From Halocafeteria seosinensis (taxonomy: Eukaryota): a stretch of 34,771 nt of DNA. Shown one piece after another: positions 29,724 through 34,771 of the stretch. Each line of letters starts with the position of its first letter. The first letter of the stretch is position 1. The notes beneath the pieces were generated by a model, which saw only the letters and a program-made list of their open reading frames with translations, made no database searches and was not told the origin of the DNA. A program made the translations under genes and the position numbers. The stretch covers positions 1 to 34,771 of the forward strand of contig LVLI01000652.1 of the NCBI GenBank assembly GCA_001687465.1, given 5' to 3'.

Positions 29724-31494
29724 ATGGCGTCATCGTCTGGTACATCCTCGGGAAGTAGCACCCGATACAAGTCGCAGAGCATAGATAATGGCTTTCGAGG
29801 CAATTTACGATGCTATGTGGTGGCTGTGTTTGGAACTTTGGCAACAGTGATGCTCGTGATGATCACCTTGATGACTGTGGAGACTGACATGGGCACCTCA
29901 TGGGAGTCTTCGCGCTGGTTATGGCATCAAACATACACGAATACGACACAAAATACGGCTCCAGAGCCTATACGGGGTGATATAGAGACGAATACGGCAC
30001 CCATTCGGATACAGAAGAAGGCAGATCCGTCCAAGGCTCCGTCTCCACGACGCCGAGAGCCGGAAGAAGCTCCAGCGACTCGGAAGTATTGGCCTGAGGA
30101 CTGGATTCACCCAGCCGTAAACCCCTCTGAATACGCTAAACACTGCAAAAAATGGTTTCCACAGGGACGTAATGCCATCGTGACCATGGCAGTAGCGGAC
30201 GCATCCGCGCGACAGGCGGCGGGACTCCTCCAATCCATTCGGGATGTCGGGACGTGCCCGACAATCGATCTCATAGTGCTTGTCACTGGAGGAGGTCTCG
30301 GCTCGGATGATTGCCGAAAAGGCCGACTAGATTCAGTATCAAGAGGAGCGTGTGGGTCGTCAAAGATTACAGATCCGCGTGTAGCCGTATCGGAAGAAAT
30401 CCTAGACATGTACAGAAAAGTTGGAGCGACCATTCGGATAGTAGATCCTCTAGCGTTAGATTCACGTACGTATGACCAAACTCCTCCCTGTATCTCTGTT
30501 GGACTTATTAGATTTCCGAAATGCACCACATCTATATACAGCTTACGTGAAGATTCCTGGAGGACGGAAGTTTTTTTGGGGAATGGCATTCAACAAGTTG
30601 AGGATATTTGGGTTCACAGAGTATAAGAAGGTAAGATAGGTAAACTGCTCTCTCGAATAGTTTAAATGCACAACCATATTTTGTCGGTCGATATTGATGC
30701 AGATCTTATGGCTAGATAGTGATGCGTTCCTGCTAAAGAATGTGGATCATCTATTGTGGTATCCAGAACTCACAGCAGCGTTTACCAACGACTGTTGTAA
30801 TCGAAATGCCCCTGCCAAAATATCTGGCGGAATGTGGGTTATCGAGCCGTCGGAGAATCGTATGAAGCAAATCGAGAAAATGGTATACCAAAAGTCCCCG
30901 ATGATGGAAGCAGGACTAGAGCCTAATACTTGGCATTTCGGTGATATGTCCATGATGCTCGCACTTTTCACTCATGCTAAGCGCACACCTACGTTGTTCC
31001 CAGGTTCCCTCGATCCTCGCCAGAAATCGTTTCATGGGTATCATAAGGTTCGGAAAGATGCTATGAACTATAACAGCTCTCTCCGGATAGCTGGGTTGCA
31101 TGATGCTACGGTGCAGCCTCTAGTCCCAGAGATATTCAATGACTCTACAGAGTACCCGATTGCCCATGAGTATAACTGGGGTGATGAAGTCGGAGCGAGC
31201 CTCGGGGTACCTGTGAAGCGCGTTTGGCGAATGCTCAATGCCTCATTTGATTTTCTTCCGGGAGAGTGCTTATCTAATTGTATCCCCGACCGAGATAGAG
31301 GAAAGGATTTTTTCTTCTCCCTGCACTTTTCTTGCATACCTCCAAAATATAGCAAACCGGGACAGTATGACTCTGTACGCAAGTTAAACGAGTCTATGTC
31401 AAAATTTCAAGACTGCTTGAGAGGCTACTACAGTCTATGGTTAGGTGCATATCAACGAATATCAGGAGGGAACGATAGATGGAGCAGAGCGTAA
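29724..31494 (+). CDS. Glycosyltransferase family 8 paralog, type II membrane protein, ~540 aa, 3 exons (29724-30465, 30542-30630, 30703-31494)
   Basis: Introns 30466-30541 (GTACGT..ACAG, 76 nt) and 30631-30702 (GTAAGA..TGCAG, 72 nt). The spliced product has FNKLRIFGFTEYKKILWLDSDAFLLKNVDHLL, TM YVVAVFGTLATVMLVMITLM, and C-terminal HFSC..SKP. Intron positions and the 89-nt middle exon match the first GT8. Confidence 0.9.
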
Positions 31495-31606
31495 TTATCA
31501 TCCATTTCTTTATACGCCATCGAAGAGGCACATGAGCTAGATCATAATCTAAAGGATGAAGTCAGTGGTGTACACAACAACAGACTGTCCATGCAGCATA
31601 CCCCAT

Positions 31607-34404
31607 TCATTGGTTATCCCGGTTGACTAATATATTAATACCACGCCATCCCAAGCGCTGGGAACTGTGTGCAGTCAACAGGATTTGCTTGTTGTGCCTG
31701 GGCCTTGAAATGTGATGCCTTCCGTACAGACCAACAAAATCAAAGCACCGTAAGGTATTGTTTTGATCCTTCTTAAAATCAAATACTCTGTCAATCTCTG
31801 TAGATACTTGCATGAGTTCGGAATAGCTCGCCAAAACGTGATACCCTGCATCACAGTGCCCTGGAATGCAATCGCATGCGGCACCTTGTCCAAGTAGATA
31901 TTCCTTGTCCATGTATAATCGAACTCCTCCGGTATTTTTGGAAACTCCATGTACCTTAACTCGGAACTGGGACTCTGCAAGCTTGCCTCCAACGGTTATT
32001 GTGGATGCGGAGCTTGTGCGAATAAAGCTATCCCCATCCTATCGTCATCATCGCTGCACTCTTTACCGTGGCCGGTTAGCCTATTCAACACAAGGTTGGG
32101 CAGCTTAGGAGAAAAGATATATCCTCTCCAGTTTCCGGCATTATTCGAGCTCGAAGATGCCCCGGAATCCTTTGCCAGTTTAAACTCTGAAGGGAGTGGT
32201 GTGGGTGAGGGGGTTAGACTCGGACTACTTGTGCACCATTCCATTCCAAGCGGCGGTATAGCATGTGTGGTGTCCTGTACAGTTTCAGTCTTCATTTTAT
32301 TCACGTCGTGGTTCACGTACTGTAGACCATGTTCAATGTTTCCCCCTGGAGAACCACCCAGTGGATCCCAGAATTCAAATGGATCAAACGAGGTCCCTAA
32401 TGGACTGAAGGACTTTGCTCTATATCCATGAAGACCTCTCTGGAGAATCACATAAGTCGAATCCTTAACGAGGGTAATAACACCACCCAGTGGTTCAGAA
32501 ACATCCTCTTGCCCCGTCAATCGAACGTAAGCTATGTGCTCGTCCAGCTCGCAATTACCAATACTGGAACCCTGCTCACAAGAACTAGTAACTGGGAACA
32601 GTGCTATCTCCAGGCCCGTATCTAACGAGTTTGGACGTGCCAATATACTCGACAACTGTATATCGTACTTCATCCGGAACACATATCCGAGCCAATGGTC
32701 AGTCAAATTATCGTCTTCGATATATTCCAAGAAAAGGCTATTGCAAGGGCCTAAGGTATTGGACGCAGAAGAAGTCACAGAGGCAGTCGGTGTTTCGGTA
32801 GGAGTCATAGTGAATGAACCTGTAGTACTTGGTGTACTTGTGCGACTAGTAGTAGGAGTTCTTGTAGCCGTTGGAGTATTGGTGTGCGACGGGGACACAG
32901 ACGGAGAGGACGATGGAGTTGGACTAGTGCTTGCGCTAGGAGACGGACATATAAGTCCCCCAAGTCCTTCAAGGATTGTATGTGCAACGTTTCCCGTTAC
33001 AGGATTCACCTCCAACACGTTCAAAGCATCGTCCTCATCCAGGAAACCAACAGTGGTAGTAACAGGCAAACCAGCGTTACTCGGACTCTTTCCCAGCTGC
33101 GTCATTCCTTCAGAGACAAGAATGCGTTCCCATGTAGCATCGCTCATAGTCAACCTCCACATAGATGTCGCTTGGCTTTGGTACAGCGGCTTAGCATACA
33201 AGAATAACTTCATATCAATCTGAAAGGACAAGAGACTGGTACGCCGGGAATAGGCAGCGTGCTGAAAAAGGGTATTCGGAATGCCAACTTCGACCCATTG
33301 AGTTTCCGAACACGTATGTCTCCATATGCGATGTTGTCCCAAATCGTCGAGAAACTTGGGGACAAAATAAGTCTCACAACGGAAAACAAATATCTTGTAA
33401 CTGCAAGAGTGGTCCAGAGGTAGTGGAGTGTCCATCCAAAGTGGCACCTGATTCAGGATCCATTCCCATGAAGAAGTACCAGTGCCTCTGAACCACCATA
33501 ACCCCTCTGAGCTGACTTTCGTTGATGAACCAAGGATTCCTCCATACAGAAAATGATGAGCACCTTTACTCCACGTTGCTCCCGAATGTCTGGCCACCGG
33601 TCCTGTCCCCTCCTCAGTAAAGAGTCTCACCCACTGCTCATTCGTCGAGTACCAAACCCAGCTGTCATTCATCTGTTCTACATCGCCTTTCCGTGTGTAT
33701 CGAAACCCTCCAAAGAGAAAGATGACAAAGTTGAGGGAACTTGGTTCTCGTTGGACCCATATCATTGTTCGTCGTCGAGGTTGCGGACACGTTATCCCGG
33801 GAACTGCACAAGTATCTAAACGCTCTACAATGTGTCCGTTCCTTCCTTCGTTGCCACTTCCCAAGGTAAAGCGGTATAAGCCAGCACTTGAGTAGGAATA
33901 ACTCGAGCCAAATGGTTCTTTACGATTGCTGCTGTCCATGTACACAAACACTTCGTTAACAGCCCGTCTATCCGTTACCGAAGCAGCGTCAGGATCTGAG
34001 AGCATCCGAGTCAACAGGGTATCATCTCTTTCCAACTCTTTCGTCATACGAGTAACGACAGTGTGGGGCATTTCCGAAAGCTGAGTGCGTTCCCAGTCGG
34101 AACATGTTTCCAGCAGAGACTGAGGTATGGAACTGGAGGACGCTTCCTCCCTTGGGTCGGGGAGAGGATCATGTCCTCCCGAGTTCACTTGCACACTAGG
34201 CGAGGGAGACTCTGACGCTTCAGGGAGAGTATGAATCAATGTGGACGTGGACATAGGATTCACGGTTGTAGCACCTGTGGAGTTAGCTTGAGGGGATTTA
34301 GAGGTAACAGGGCTCACAATACCGGTAGCCGCTCCTCTTTGACACAGGAGGTCCATTACCCCCAAGAGTACTATTATCCATGCCGTTTTTCTTCTGAACA
34401 TCAT
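31607..34404 (-). CDS. Secreted Kelch-repeat protein with Ser/Thr/Pro linker and two tandem C-terminal domains; apparent 1-nt frameshift near 32021 (~932 aa if repaired; pseudogene or assembly error possible)
   Basis: Signal-like MMFRRKTAWIIVLLGVMDLLCQRGAATG (ATG 34404; upstream in-frame ATG 34524). Kelch motifs IFLFGG..MNDSWVW..W..GPVARHSGA..FLYGG..LWWF..WEW (~33730-33470). S/T linker ~32945-32752. The main frame stops at 31998-31996, but similarity to the preceding domain continues in the frame ending at 31607. Confidence 0.75.
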
Positions 34405-34724
34405 GCTTCCATTCCATAGATGCCTACTATATCTCACTCGTATGTTCATCCGTGTGCTCATTTCGTCGCAAATAGCGGCTGTACAGTCTATGGCCTCCTT
34501 GTAGCTTGTAACGCACCTCCGCATTCTCCGCCCGTCATTTTCACTGCCACGAAGGAACTACTACGCACTCATTTCAGCACTGACGGTATTTTAGATGCTC
34601 GTATTATCCTTCAGTGGTTTGGCATATGGTATTCAATACTAATGATACTNATGAAATACCGTACAGGCATACTGTAAAGGCGCAAAAAGGGTGCGGGATG
34701 GATGGGGGGATGGGAGGGGTTGTG

Positions 34725-34762
<38 letters not shown>
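34725..34762. repeat. Compound (CA)9(TA)10 microsatellite at window end
   Basis: Directly visible in the sequence; preceded by a G-rich tract at 34689-34719. Confidence 0.9.
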
Positions 34763-34763
<1 letters not shown>

Positions 34764-34771
34764 GTGACAGA

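Noticed and set aside
32534..33223. 229-aa Val/Gly-rich plus-strand ORF (and a similar one at 5113-5340)
   Set aside because: Antisense of Thr/Ser/Pro linker codons of the minus-strand genes.
1..34771. CRISPR arrays, transposases, reverse transcriptases, viral or defence systems
   Set aside because: No spaced direct repeats, terminal repeats or relevant protein motifs were seen. The only regular periodicity (~140-145 nt in 600-1900) is LRR exon plus intron spacing.

Overview
Gene-dense eukaryotic DNA of roughly balanced GC. It is probably from a protist (a stramenopile-like origin is only a guess from gene style) and has short 64-76 nt GT-AG introns. I see no prokaryotic, CRISPR, RNA-gene or transposon features, and the window starts and ends in microsatellites. 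Seven protein genes are supported. (1) A secreted LRR protein split into 10 exons (403-2183, -), which the ORF track misses. (2) An intronless 1721-aa type I membrane protein with a duplicated ectodomain module and a mucin-like stalk (-). (3) An intronless ~4251-aa HECT E3 ligase with MIB/HERC2, two UBA and CUB-like domains (+). (4, 6) Two paralogous 3-exon GT8 glycosyltransferases (+) flanking (5) a FAM151/menorin-family PLC-like phosphodiesterase (-). (7) A secreted Kelch + Ser/Thr stalk + tandem-domain protein interrupted by an apparent 1-nt frameshift (-). The most interesting items are the symmetric one-repeat-per-exon LRR gene, the GT8-FAM151-GT8 cluster with shared non-canonical GT8 motifs, and the hidden frameshifted C-terminus. 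All family calls come from motif recognition by eye; no searches were run.
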